This document shows positions 43,801-53,930 of a stretch of DNA of 64,000 bases, piece by piece. The stretch lies in the sequence record KJ019103.1; one strand, written 5' to 3'. A program made the translations under genes and the position numbers. Positions within the stretch are counted from its first letter, which is position 1. Each line of letters opens with the position of its first letter. A model generated the notes under the pieces. The model did no database searches, was not told the DNA's origin, and worked only from the letters and a program-made list of their open reading frames with translations.

Positions 43801-46434
43801 ATTGGTAATGTTTTCATTGAAGATACTGAGTTTGTAGAACTAAGTGTTACCAATCAGGCTAACATTAACAAACTATTTGTAAACTCTGGTGTTGCAACTC
43901 AGTTCAGTATCGGTGTTGCCACTATCACCCAGTCACTAACAGGTATCGCCACTATTGGTGACCTCAATGTAACTGGTCTTTCTACCTTCGTTGGTCTCGC
44001 TACCTTCCAGGGTGATGTTTATGTTGATAGTTACCTAGAAGTATCTAAGGATGTTGTAGTTGGTTCATCACTAACAGTTCCTAACCTTACATTCACTGAT
44101 GGTGATGGACAGTTCCTCAATATTCAGGAAGAGGTTGTTGGTGTATCCACTATTGGTTTCGCTAGTATTACAGATGAGATAGTAGGAACTTCCACTATCT
44201 TTAGATCCAATATTCGTGACCTAGCAGTATCCGGTCTCTCCACCTTTATTGGTGATGTGTTGATGGGTTCCAACCTAGATGTGGTTGGTGATATATCTGG
44301 AACTAATATATCAATTGCACAATCAGTAACTTCTGACACCCTATTCACTAGGTTTGCTGATATTGAGGGATCCAATACTGGTGTTGCTACTATTGGTTTC
44401 GCCACTATAACCGAACTCTTCACTGAGGATCTAACGGTTGTAGGAACCTCCACCTTCGTTGGTTTCACAACGATGACGGGAGACCTAAACATTGAGGGTA
44501 ACCTTAATGTAACTGGTGTTGTTACCTTCCAACAGTTAGACGCAACTCAGTCACAGATTGGTATCCTAACGGTATTCAACTACCTAGACAACCAAGGAGA
44601 CCTAAGAGTAGTTGGTTTCTCCACACTCGGTGACTTCTCAGCCAACTCCGGTATCCTTACCAGTATTGAATCTGGTGAGATTGATGTAACCGGTGATGTT
44701 TCTATCGGTGGAACACTAGGTGTTGCCGGTGAAGTTGGTTTCTCCAGTAACTTCTATACCGTTGGTATTACTACCCTCGCTTCTGGAACTGGTATTGTTA
44801 CTACTGGTGGTGACCTCTATGTTGGTGGTAACCTATTCGTATATAACGATATTGTATATGATGAAATCATTGGTCGTAACCTAGACATTAGTGGTATTGG
44901 TACTATCGCAGACCTCAGAGTGGGTCTTGGTAGTATCGCAGACCTTAGAGGTACAACACTCAGGTATCAGACTGGTATTATTACTTCACTCAGAGCAGAA
45001 GATTCTGAAGTTGGAAGACACATTGGTACTTCAGTTGTTGTAGAGAACATAACTGCTACTGGTCCTTCTACTTTCGTTGGTGTTGTTACTACTACTAACG
45101 AACTCTTTGTTGGAACTAACCTATTCGTAGGCAACAACGCAGATATCCAAGGTGATATCTTCGGTAGAAACCTAACACTCGAACTAAACGCCTCTGGTAC
45201 TACACTAGACTTCGATTCAGGTCAGATTGATGACCTCATCTCACAGTATATACTCTCTGATGACTTGTTTGTCACTGGTATTACTACTTCAGTTGCGGCA
45301 CAAATCAACTTCCTGAATGTATCTGGTGTAACTACTTCACCTATCATTAACTCCACACTACTAACCAACTCTGGTTTAGTTACAACTGGTAGTCTATATG
45401 TTCAGGGTCTAGCACAGGTAGAAACAACTCTACTTGTAGATGGTAACTCCATCTTCAATGGTCCAGCACTCTTCAATGATACAGTTACAGTCAATGACGA
45501 CATTAATGTAACAGGTGATATCACCTTCAACGATATCAGTGGTATTAATGGTAACTTCGCTGGTATTGTTACCGCAACGAAACTCAAGTCTAACTTCCTA
45601 GAGGTTAATGGTCAAACAGCCATTACTGGTTTAGCAACCTTCTTCAGTGGATTGAATGTAAGAGGTGGTCCTCTAGTAGTAGATAATCAGATCTTCGCTA
45701 ACTCTGGTTTCGTTACTACCATTCAGGGTACTGACTTAACATATACTGATGGTATTTTCTTAGGTGATCTACAGGTCAATAAGGATACAACCATCAACCA
45801 GAACCTAAGAGTTGTTGGTATCACTACCTCAACCAACTTAGATGTATCAGCACAAACTGAAACCTCACTACTAAGTGTAACGGGTGTAGGTACTATTCCA
45901 ATCTTATACTCCACCAATGGTGAGTTTAAGACTTCACTCAAGACGGATCAACTCTTCTTTAATACTGGTTTAGGTACATACCTCAGTGTTACTGATCTAA
46001 ATGTTGTTGGTGTTGCTACTATCCCAACACTAGACATTGAATTCCTAGAAGCTGACAGAGCTGAAATTGGTATTCTAACCGTCACAAATAGAACTGATAT
46101 CAGTGATACTTCCAGTATCTTTAGTTACAGACTAACTACATCTGGATCAGCCACCAACGTAACTCTCTACGACTCCTCAGTTTATAGAAGTTTCGAGGCA
46201 AATATCCAAGTATCCACTGGTAGTAGTTTCCAATCTAGTAAGATGCATGGTTTGAGTGATGATAACTCTACACCAAATGTACTCTTCAATGAAACTTCTT
46301 ACCTCTCTAATGGTGGTGAGTTGGCTGAGTTTGATGTATCAGGTTCCGCTGGTAACAATGTTATCCTAACAGTTACTCCATATACAGTTGGAATTACAAC
46401 CTATATACTTTCAGTAACCGCGGTAAGGGTCTAA
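40828..46434 (+). CDS. Long repetitive fibre-like protein (1868 aa; GxxTF/GIGTI repeats)
   Basis: Recurrent STFVGxxTFxxDLFVGGDL and GIxTI units; acidic and Gly/Thr/Val-rich. Confidence 0.75.
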   Translation: MPLNYLTGRVSRLQVGFPGFSTAKDLTVDVAGAIGIDTQNPRAAADFPDVSIRGDIVDSVGFTGGIGYFLAQDVQGVRWVEAPPINSNAILVLDNGVIVGAGSFIGLNFDSGKDEDFLSVVPDPLNPQIAKIAYDVRWVRYNYGNNKGISTGFGDNGDYSSIPGYGTTEAVGVTSVGIGTNQPLDDFQVGIGSTGVTINGPLGLVDAEIIKAKSISVEGNLEVESLIVRPGVATLTTLDVLNEAFIPVEYVGFSSIQDANIDALFANQLLAGITTLGFGGEDVFILNDLYVQGGLGTFDGDVFVGGDLTVKGETFFNQINAVNLSVSGIATIVQAEIAVGLVTDLKVSGFSTLSDFSFNIGVGTYLELEDLDVSGVGSFGVVNSGDINVSGGLTASEIDADKGYIGILTADSIVSGAGTIGSIESDGNLTTLNDIIVGGASTFVGLGTFQDDLFVGGDLFVRGDVTFKNINGEQLLISGIGTIKELVFDSGIGTSLEVRDQITTGISTINEADIQDAAVERLTVGDAEIIGIATITEIDVDRGRVGILTGTDLSYAGIGTITEIDVDQGRVGLVTGDTLLYYEQSRINRVTFFDNYLSVNQSLRVSGLSTFVGTGTFFNDLYVGGDLYVAGELNFKQLNGENLYLTGVGTIYDLRNTVGFITNLYVEESVTGLATISSLVGSSATITDFTGQSLLIQNPFNPMPLDPTGIPGQGVIDSLLVRNLTSSNNILANDIDANFVDTDDLKAGVGTITDLEWTTAVGDDTTTNTLQVTDTATINIIDANQIDAEDANIGVATLSSLLVTGVTTFKGQVDIEDIEFVDQSVTGISSINILKFNVGYGTYLEVTDSVTGVGTIGLASITTAQVSFLDVRDEVVGASTIGVLSVTEGFAVSGFSTFVGFTTYKGDVFVDGNLTVTGFVSFTQLNADQSQIGILTVFDALDARTGVGTFKHLETVDSAVLSGVSTIGLTTFKNGDVNINRNLTVGGITTFIGNVFIEDTEFVELSVTNQANINKLFVNSGVATQFSIGVATITQSLTGIATIGDLNVTGLSTFVGLATFQGDVYVDSYLEVSKDVVVGSSLTVPNLTFTDGDGQFLNIQEEVVGVSTIGFASITDEIVGTSTIFRSNIRDLAVSGLSTFIGDVLMGSNLDVVGDISGTNISIAQSVTSDTLFTRFADIEGSNTGVATIGFATITELFTEDLTVVGTSTFVGFTTMTGDLNIEGNLNVTGVVTFQQLDATQSQIGILTVFNYLDNQGDLRVVGFSTLGDFSANSGILTSIESGEIDVTGDVSIGGTLGVAGEVGFSSNFYTVGITTLASGTGIVTTGGDLYVGGNLFVYNDIVYDEIIGRNLDISGIGTIADLRVGLGSIADLRGTTLRYQTGIITSLRAEDSEVGRHIGTSVVVENITATGPSTFVGVVTTTNELFVGTNLFVGNNADIQGDIFGRNLTLELNASGTTLDFDSGQIDDLISQYILSDDLFVTGITTSVAAQINFLNVSGVTTSPIINSTLLTNSGLVTTGSLYVQGLAQVETTLLVDGNSIFNGPALFNDTVTVNDDINVTGDITFNDISGINGNFAGIVTATKLKSNFLEVNGQTAITGLATFFSGLNVRGGPLVVDNQIFANSGFVTTIQGTDLTYTDGIFLGDLQVNKDTTINQNLRVVGITTSTNLDVSAQTETSLLSVTGVGTIPILYSTNGEFKTSLKTDQLFFNTGLGTYLSVTDLNVVGVATIPTLDIEFLEADRAEIGILTVTNRTDISDTSSIFSYRLTTSGSATNVTLYDSSVYRSFEANIQVSTGSSFQSSKMHGLSDDNSTPNVLFNETSYLSNGGELAEFDVSGSAGNNVILTVTPYTVGITTYILSVTAVRV

Positions 46435-46505
46435 AACACCTCTCCCACTCCCTCTATAAATATCTGTATATCTAACACTGCAGACTATAGGGGGAATGTG
46501 AACCC

Positions 46506-49500
46506 GTGGCGAATCAGAATTTTCGTGTCAAAAAAGGTATAGAAGTTGGCTTAGGTGCCACCTTTCTATACGCAGACGACAGTGGAGTTGGCATTAATAG
46601 TGCTAGCCCACGATCAAACCTAGACGTTCGAGGTAGATCCCAAACAGAGGAACTACTGGTAGACAACTATGCAGAGGTGCAAGGACCCTCTACATTCGTT
46701 GGACTAGGTACCTTTGGGGGTGATCTATATGTTGGGAATGATCTATATGTAAAGGGCAACCTATCATTCACCAGTTTTGAATCTGAGACTGGTAATGTAA
46801 CAGGTGTTCTTACCACAAGAGACTTTAATGTAACCGGATTATCTACGTTTGCGGGAGACGCCACCTTCCAAAGTGACGTAAATATCTCTGGTGCTTCTTC
46901 AATTACTGGAAACTTAGTAGTTTCTGGTGCCTCTACGCTCACAGGTATCGTCACAACTGGCGATGACCTCTATGTGGGTGGTAGTTTATATGTATTCAAT
47001 GATATCTTCTATGATGAGATTACTGGTAGAAACCTCAGTATCTCTGGTATTGCCACACTCAGACAGTTAGAAATCCAACAGGACCTAGAAGTTGCAGGTC
47101 TCTCCACATTTGTTGGTTTAGTATCGTTCAGAGATGCAGTAGGTACAAACCTCACAGTTTATAATCTTTCCGCCAATACTGGTAACTTCGTAGAGATTAA
47201 CGTCGATGGTGGAGGAGGCGGCGGTGGCGGTACTGGTATCGATAGTACCTCCGTCAATACCGAGTTCTTAAACGTCACTGGTGTTGCAACATTTAACAAT
47301 GGTATTGCCACCAACTTCAGTGCAGAGTTTATTGACGCTGGTGTAACCACAACTACCGACCTCCACTTCACTAATGGTTACGGTGTCAATCTCAATATGA
47401 GTGGCATCACAACTGTTGGTATTCTAACAGTCTATGAGAATATCTATGACTCTAGAAACCAAGTTGGCTATGGTGACTCACTACTAGTCACACAGGGTGG
47501 GAAACTAGTATGGACTAGACCTGATATTGCAGGTATTGCCACTTCATTCCAACCAGGTTCTACCTTCTATGTAAGTGAGAATGGTAGTAATACCAATGAT
47601 GGTAGAAGTCCAGAGAAAGCATGGAGTTCTATTGCATATGCCGTATCACAGATTGGAGATACTTCTCACGATATTCTAGAGGTTACTGCTGGTGAATACA
47701 CAGAAACCTTCCCTATCACAGTCCCTAAAGGTCTAACCATTTCTGGTGCTGGACAAAGGGCAACCATTGTCAGACCGTCACAGGCAACCGAAACCAATGA
47801 TGGTTTCCTACTAAACGATAGATCCACTATCCATAACATCACAGTTACTGGATTCTACAAACCACAAGGTTCTATCAACTACGCCTTCAAGTTTAGTGTT
47901 GGAGCAGCAATCACCAGTAGAAGTCCTTATGTTGATAAGGTCACGGTCATCAACAAAGGTACTCAGACAAGTGCCAGTGACCCATATGGTTATGGTTCAG
48001 CTGACTCCTACCCAACCACAGCACCTGGTGGTGCTGGTGTTTTAGTTGATGGTAGTGTAGTTGCAACCAACTCACTAGAAGCAGCAATTCTCCTCAATGA
48101 GGTTACACTATTCACTGCTGGCAACCAAGGTATTAAGATTACCAATGGTGGTAGGGTAGAGTGGTTGAATGGTTTCATCTACTTCGCTTCTGAAGCACTT
48201 GTAGGTCTTAGTGATAAGACTACTGGTTTAGCGGGTGCTGGTAAGGCAAGACTAACCCTAGAGAACGCCTCTGGTGGATTGGTTGGTGGTAATACCGTTC
48301 AATACTATGATAGTGATGGAACCACAGTTCTTGCTTCTGGTACCATTGATAATGTATCTGGTAGTTATGTAACACTAACCAACGCTGGTGTTGGTACATT
48401 CACAACTCCTAGAAATAGAACAGCCAAGAAGGTTGACTTTGTTAATGGAGCACAACTATCCACAGCACAGGCAAGGTTCGGTACATCCTCACTAGATGTA
48501 ACTGGTGCCGGAACTGATAACATCACAGTTGATTCCACTTCAGACTTTGGGTTTGGAACTGGAGACTTCACCGTTGAATTCTGGATATACAGAACTGGTA
48601 ATATTAATGGTAAGGTAATCTGTGACTTCAGAGATACCGCCGCTACAGATCAGGCAATTACTATCCAAGGTGATGGTGGTAATGAGACTGATGTTTATAT
48701 TGGTACTACATCCGTTGTCACTGGTACAGTTCCTACCACACTGAATGCTTGGAACCATATCGCTGTTTGTAGAGTTGGTTCTACCATCACTCAGTATATT
48801 GATGGTGCTGTTTCTGGTAGTGGAACTGCTGCTACTGATCTAGGTGTTGCTAGACAACTAACCTTTGGTGATAGGTACGACAATAGTAACAACGGTCCTA
48901 CAGCATACCTAGATGAACTTCGTGTCACTAAGGGGGCAGCAAAATACACAGGAGCATTCACTTCACCTTCAGTAGCACTCACAGGTGATAAGGATACTTC
49001 TATCCTACTACACTTTGATGGTATCAATGGAGCAACCTCCACTACAGATGATATCATTGTCCTCCAGGATATTCGTATCACTGGTGGCAACACAGCAGAT
49101 AAAGTTACCCTAGCAGACTACAGTCAGTTTGGTGCTGACCTCAGGTCTATCGCTTGTGCCATTGAATATGGTAACCAGGGTATGATTGGTGATGGTGATG
49201 GAGTAACTCTCCGTGCTATCTCTATCAACTTCAACCATGTAGGTGCTCTTGGTGATATCACTAACGATCCTAACCTAGCGATTCAATCGAACGAGGTTAT
49301 CGAACTCAATGGTGGTCAAGTATCCTATGTAAGTATTGACCAGAAGGGTGACTTCCGTGTTGGTGAATCCTTCTATGTTAACCAGGAAACTGGTGATGTA
49401 TCATTCAACAACACAACAACTGATCTAACCTCACTATCTAGTCTAACCATCACTGATGGTACTAACAACTCACTTATCACTCCTACCTCTGGTAGATTTG

Positions 49501-52500
49501 GTAATGTTCAGATCTCTGGACAGCAAGTTGCTTCTGTATCTGGTGACCTAGACCTAGTAACCGCTGGTGGTGGTGAAGTTAACATCTACGGTAATACTAA
49601 CGTTGTTGGTATTCTAACCGCACAGGTTGTTGAGATCAACGCTATCCAGAAGGGTGATACTTCTATCGCTCTAGATGATACCGGTACTGATGGTACTATC
49701 CGGTTTAACACCGATGGTTCTGAGGCAGGTAGATTCACTAAGGATAACGACCTTGCAGTAACACACAACTTCCGCGTTGGTGGAATTGGTACTATTCCAA
49801 ACTTGGTAAGTACTACTGCGACCATCACAACTCTAAATGTTGAGAACCTTGTCAGTAGTGGTAGCACTAGTGGCGGTGGCGGAACTGGTATCGGTTCTAC
49901 CGCTATCAATTCACCTAACCTTAATATTTCTGGTCAGGCAAACTTCAACAACGTCAACGTTTCTGGTGTTGCCACGGTTCCTGATCTAACTGTAACCAAC
50001 TCCTTTACTAATACTGGTTATTCAACCATCACTGGTGACGCCGAAGTTGGTGGAAATCTATGGTTGAAGGGTGACCTCAATGTTATCGGTTCCCAGAATG
50101 TTAGCGAGTTCTTCGCTACCAATATGGAGATCTCTGGTATCGCTACCTTCGGTACCGTAAAGGTCAACAGTAATGTCCATTGTGACGATACTGTATTTGT
50201 TGGCGGTGCTGTAACAATCACTGGTCCAATCACAGCAGTGGATATCCTTGCCACTGGTATTGGAACCATTCCTGTAGCAGATGTTGGACATGCTGATGTT
50301 GATTCTATCAATGTCACTGGTATCTCTACTATCTCTCAGGTTGATATCGGTAAGATTACCGTAGGTGACTTCACTGTAACTGGATTTGCAACTGTCACTG
50401 ACGGACTTGAAGTTATCGGTCCTGTCTCATTTGGTGGTTCTATCACACAACTACCTCTACCAACTGGTCAAGGTGGTGTTTGGTTTGACAACTCTGTTGT
50501 GGGTGTCGGCACACTACTCGCCACTAATGCATCAATTAGCGGACTCCTCGGAGTTGGTAATTCATTGGGTGTTGCTGGTGATGCCTACATCGATGGAAAC
50601 ATCATTGGTTCTGGTGGTACTATCTCTAATTACAACGAGATTATTACACCTCTCCTAACCGCAACTGATATCGATGCAGCTACACTCGATGTTAGTGGTA
50701 ACGTAACCATTGATGGAAACGTAGACCTTGGTGACACATCTGCCGACTTCGTTAGAATCAACGGTAGAGTAAGTACTTCCTTTATTCCTTCTACTGATAG
50801 TGCAACTGACTTAGGTAGCAATGGTCTCAGGTGGAAAGAACTCTTCGTTGATAAACTCACCCTCACAGATGATGCTGCTATTGGTGGTGATCTATCTGTT
50901 GGTGGTAGTGTATCTGCCGATTATGTAGATACTACTGAACTCAATGTCAGTGGTGTTGCAACCTTCGCTCAGATTTCAATTGGTGGTGGCGGCGGTGGTA
51001 TTAGTACCAACGGCGTTATTATTAACAATGTTACTGTTACTGACCAGAGTACTCTTAACAACCTCATTGTTTCTGGTGTATCAACCTTCGTTGGTGTTTC
51101 TACCTTCAAGGGTGATGTCTATATCGATGGTAACCTAATCATTGATGGTGATAACAGTCAGGATCTAATCAGTGGTACTAACCTACTCGTCAGTGGTATT
51201 GCTACCATCGGCACACTAGGTGTAACTACAAACTTAACTGTTGGTGGTGATGTACTTGTCAGTGGTGCTATGACCGCTGGTTCATACAATGGTGATGGTT
51301 CTCAGTTAGATAATCTACCTGCAGCATCAATCACAACCTCCATAACACCTACAACTAGGGTGAATGGTGATACACTACAGACTGGTGATCTATGGTATGA
51401 CTCTTCTGAGTTACGCCAGTATACTTACTATGATGATGGTGGATCCGTTCAGTGGGTACCTTCAGCCCCAGAACCTACTATTCCTGATTTTACCTACGCA
51501 GGTAACACAGGTATTGGTACTCTATCCTTAGGGGATGATACTTTCTCTGTTGTTGGTGATAATACAAACGTAGTCACTACTGCAAGTGGTGTAACTACTA
51601 CCGTAACCATTTCACTATCCGATAGTGTGGCAATCGCCGGTTCTATGACCGCTGGTAGCTTCCTTGGTGAGAACCTCAATGTTTCTGGTGTATCAACCTT
51701 CGTTGGCGTTACAACCTTCAGAGGTGATGTCTTCATCGAAGGTAACCTAATCATTGATGGTGATGAGAGTCAGGATCTAGTCAGTGGTACTAACCTAATT
51801 ATTACTGGTATTGCTACCATTGGTACATTAGGAGTAACTACTACTACTACCAATACTCTCACCGTACTCGATACCTTCACTCTAGATAACCCAGTCAATT
51901 CTATCGGAATTAGTTCTGATCTAGGTGGTGCCGGTGCTGCTCACACAGCTCTTGCTTCCCAGTTAGCAATCAAACAATACATTGATGCTAATAACTCAGA
52001 TCAAAACCTAAACTTCACTGGTGATACTGGTTCTGGCTCGATTGGTCTTGGTACTGAATTCCTAGAGGTTCGTGGTACAGCACAACAGGTTACAACCATT
52101 GGTGTTGGTAACAGTGTTGTTATTGGACTACCTAACACAGTAAGAGTACCACAGAGACTATATGTTGGTGGTGGTGCCTTTACTCAGGTTATGGATGCCA
52201 ACTCCGCTTCTGGTGTGGTATTTGCCAATAAGATTGTTACGATCAACAAAGGTCTAACCCTCAGTAGTAGTGACCTAACCGGAGTTCGTAACCTAGTTCA
52301 GACTGGTATTGCAACTCTTGGTACAGTTAACTTCTCTGGTGTAACAACCACTGTAGGTAACGCATTCGTTGGTAATGACTTAAGTGTCTTAGGCACAGTC
52401 AACGCTAATGACTTCAACTCTACTTCTGACGCTACTAGAAAAGAAGACGTAGTTGAGATTGAAGATGCACTCGCTAAGGTCCTAGACCTACGTGGTGTAA

Positions 52501-52715
52501 CATTCAACTGGAAGAATGGTGAAGGATCATCTGCTGGTGTTCTTGCACAAGAAGTTCAGATGGTTCTACCTGAGATTGTTAAGGGTGACGTAGGCAATAT
52601 GTCCGTTCAGTATAACGGTATTATAGCACTTCTCGTCCAAGCAGTCAAGGAACTCTCTTCTGAAGTTGAAGAACTCAAGAGAACCAAAAGTGACAAGAGA
52701 AGGAAGAAATCCTGA
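46506..52715 (+). CDS. Long tail fibre (2069 aa) with beta-helix, LamG/ConA-like domain and C-terminal S74 chaperone
   Basis: MANQNFRVKKG start after a late promoter; YVSENGSNTNDG; GTGDFTVEFWIY...WNHIAVCR...YLDELRVTKG; SDATRKEDV...GVLAQEV. Confidence 0.85.
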   Translation: MANQNFRVKKGIEVGLGATFLYADDSGVGINSASPRSNLDVRGRSQTEELLVDNYAEVQGPSTFVGLGTFGGDLYVGNDLYVKGNLSFTSFESETGNVTGVLTTRDFNVTGLSTFAGDATFQSDVNISGASSITGNLVVSGASTLTGIVTTGDDLYVGGSLYVFNDIFYDEITGRNLSISGIATLRQLEIQQDLEVAGLSTFVGLVSFRDAVGTNLTVYNLSANTGNFVEINVDGGGGGGGGTGIDSTSVNTEFLNVTGVATFNNGIATNFSAEFIDAGVTTTTDLHFTNGYGVNLNMSGITTVGILTVYENIYDSRNQVGYGDSLLVTQGGKLVWTRPDIAGIATSFQPGSTFYVSENGSNTNDGRSPEKAWSSIAYAVSQIGDTSHDILEVTAGEYTETFPITVPKGLTISGAGQRATIVRPSQATETNDGFLLNDRSTIHNITVTGFYKPQGSINYAFKFSVGAAITSRSPYVDKVTVINKGTQTSASDPYGYGSADSYPTTAPGGAGVLVDGSVVATNSLEAAILLNEVTLFTAGNQGIKITNGGRVEWLNGFIYFASEALVGLSDKTTGLAGAGKARLTLENASGGLVGGNTVQYYDSDGTTVLASGTIDNVSGSYVTLTNAGVGTFTTPRNRTAKKVDFVNGAQLSTAQARFGTSSLDVTGAGTDNITVDSTSDFGFGTGDFTVEFWIYRTGNINGKVICDFRDTAATDQAITIQGDGGNETDVYIGTTSVVTGTVPTTLNAWNHIAVCRVGSTITQYIDGAVSGSGTAATDLGVARQLTFGDRYDNSNNGPTAYLDELRVTKGAAKYTGAFTSPSVALTGDKDTSILLHFDGINGATSTTDDIIVLQDIRITGGNTADKVTLADYSQFGADLRSIACAIEYGNQGMIGDGDGVTLRAISINFNHVGALGDITNDPNLAIQSNEVIELNGGQVSYVSIDQKGDFRVGESFYVNQETGDVSFNNTTTDLTSLSSLTITDGTNNSLITPTSGRFGNVQISGQQVASVSGDLDLVTAGGGEVNIYGNTNVVGILTAQVVEINAIQKGDTSIALDDTGTDGTIRFNTDGSEAGRFTKDNDLAVTHNFRVGGIGTIPNLVSTTATITTLNVENLVSSGSTSGGGGTGIGSTAINSPNLNISGQANFNNVNVSGVATVPDLTVTNSFTNTGYSTITGDAEVGGNLWLKGDLNVIGSQNVSEFFATNMEISGIATFGTVKVNSNVHCDDTVFVGGAVTITGPITAVDILATGIGTIPVADVGHADVDSINVTGISTISQVDIGKITVGDFTVTGFATVTDGLEVIGPVSFGGSITQLPLPTGQGGVWFDNSVVGVGTLLATNASISGLLGVGNSLGVAGDAYIDGNIIGSGGTISNYNEIITPLLTATDIDAATLDVSGNVTIDGNVDLGDTSADFVRINGRVSTSFIPSTDSATDLGSNGLRWKELFVDKLTLTDDAAIGGDLSVGGSVSADYVDTTELNVSGVATFAQISIGGGGGGISTNGVIINNVTVTDQSTLNNLIVSGVSTFVGVSTFKGDVYIDGNLIIDGDNSQDLISGTNLLVSGIATIGTLGVTTNLTVGGDVLVSGAMTAGSYNGDGSQLDNLPAASITTSITPTTRVNGDTLQTGDLWYDSSELRQYTYYDDGGSVQWVPSAPEPTIPDFTYAGNTGIGTLSLGDDTFSVVGDNTNVVTTASGVTTTVTISLSDSVAIAGSMTAGSFLGENLNVSGVSTFVGVTTFRGDVFIEGNLIIDGDESQDLVSGTNLIITGIATIGTLGVTTTTTNTLTVLDTFTLDNPVNSIGISSDLGGAGAAHTALASQLAIKQYIDANNSDQNLNFTGDTGSGSIGLGTEFLEVRGTAQQVTTIGVGNSVVIGLPNTVRVPQRLYVGGGAFTQVMDANSASGVVFANKIVTINKGLTLSSSDLTGVRNLVQTGIATLGTVNFSGVTTTVGNAFVGNDLSVLGTVNANDFNSTSDATRKEDVVEIEDALAKVLDLRGVTFNWKNGEGSSAGVLAQEVQMVLPEIVKGDVGNMSVQYNGIIALLVQAVKELSSEVEELKRTKSDKRRKKS
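51069..51839 (+). repeat. Internal ~159-bp duplication within the tail fibre (51069-51227 and 51681-51839)
   Basis: VSGVSTFVGVxTFxGDVxIxGNLIIDGDxSQDLxSGTNL...GTLGVT occurs twice. Confidence 0.8.
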
Positions 52716-52781
52716 TAACTTGCCATACTCCTTCTGATCCTGTATAATACCTTTGTGGAGGATCAGAAGTTGGCTCTAAGC

Positions 52782-52805
52782 TTAGACCCCTTATGGGGTC
52801 TTTTC
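52782..52805 (+). terminator. Rho-independent terminator
   Basis: agacccc-ttat-ggggtcttttt. Confidence 0.7.
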
Positions 52806-52846
52806 TTATGCCATAATAAATAGAAGTGATAACTCCATGAAGACAC

Positions 52847-53215
52847 ATGTCTCTTTCAATTACTACTGCCACTACTACACATGATGGTGTAGTTACTGAT
52901 GTACAATGGGCTTATACTACATCTGAAGGTATTATCTCAGGTGGTCACACAATGCAAGGAACACCTGGTAGTGTTTCATTAGAAAATGTTAATGAATCTG
53001 TTATATCTGGTTGGTTAGAAGAACAGATGGATACCTCACACTTTGATAGACTTTGTTCTGAAAGAGGTTTTCCAACAGAAGAGGAAGAAGAAGACAGAAC
53101 CTTCAACTTCTCAGAAACAGGTACAATGGAAGAAGTAGTTGCACCTGAGCCTGAGCCTGAGCCTGAAGATAATGTTGGTATTGCAACCGATGGTTCATCT
53201 GGTATTTCAACTTAG
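52847..53215 (+). CDS. Putative tail fibre assembly/accessory protein
   Basis: VQWAY...SLENVNESVISGWL pattern; follows the fibre gene; acidic EP-repeat tail. Confidence 0.5.
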   Translation: MSLSITTATTTHDGVVTDVQWAYTTSEGIISGGHTMQGTPGSVSLENVNESVISGWLEEQMDTSHFDRLCSERGFPTEEEEEDRTFNFSETGTMEEVVAPEPEPEPEDNVGIATDGSSGIST

Positions 53216-53251
53216 AAACTTTTAATCTTCCAAAAGAACAAAATTATTCTA

Positions 53252-53926
53252 ATGTCTCAAATCAATTTCCCAAATATCCCATCAGATGGTGATGAGTTTT
53301 TGGCACCCAATGGTACAACTTACCAATATGATTCCGACACAGGTCAGTGGAAGATTCTATTAGGTCCTGGTGCCGATGGTCCCAAGGGTCCTATAGGTCC
53401 TGAAGGTGCTACTGGATCCACAGGTCCCGATGGTCCTACTGGTGCTACTGGAACGGATGCTACAAGAATAACTGGTGAGATTATTGCATTTGGTGGAACT
53501 ACTGTTCCATCTGGTTGGCTTGAATGTAATGGTCAAGCTGCTCCTAGTGCTCTTGCTGCTGTATTAGGTATATCTAATGTACCAGACTTACGTGGTGAGT
53601 TTATAAGAGGATTTGATAACGGTAGAGGTGTTGATAGTGGCCGTGCCATTCTCACCGCTCAGGGTGATGAATTTGAGAGTCACACACACATTCAAAATTC
53701 CCATAACCATACACAAAATCCACACACTCACCAAGCAAATTACACACCCTTAACCTATGTGGCGGGGCAACCACAAGCAAATGGATTGGTTACCGCGGTA
53801 ACAGCTCTAACAAACATTTCCACAAACACAGCAACTAATATTGCAAACACAGCAACCAACCAAAGCACAGGTGGCACTGAAACCCGTCCACGCAACATAT
53901 CTCTGATGTACATCATTAAAACCTAA
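53252..53926 (+). CDS. Phage tail collar domain protein (paralog 1)
   Basis: GEIIAFGG...GWLECNGQ...PDLRGEFIRG...ETRPRNISLMYIIK; short collagen-like GPx linker. Confidence 0.9.
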   Translation: MSQINFPNIPSDGDEFLAPNGTTYQYDSDTGQWKILLGPGADGPKGPIGPEGATGSTGPDGPTGATGTDATRITGEIIAFGGTTVPSGWLECNGQAAPSALAAVLGISNVPDLRGEFIRGFDNGRGVDSGRAILTAQGDEFESHTHIQNSHNHTQNPHTHQANYTPLTYVAGQPQANGLVTAVTALTNISTNTATNIANTATNQSTGGTETRPRNISLMYIIKT

Positions 53927-53930
53927 ACCC

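Noticed and set aside
28635-52507. Many 60-190 aa minus-strand or alternate-frame ORFs inside the giant genes
   Set aside because: They are shadows of strongly biased, repetitive codon usage (ggt/act/gtt). They have no RBS or recognisable motifs and lie fully inside long genes.
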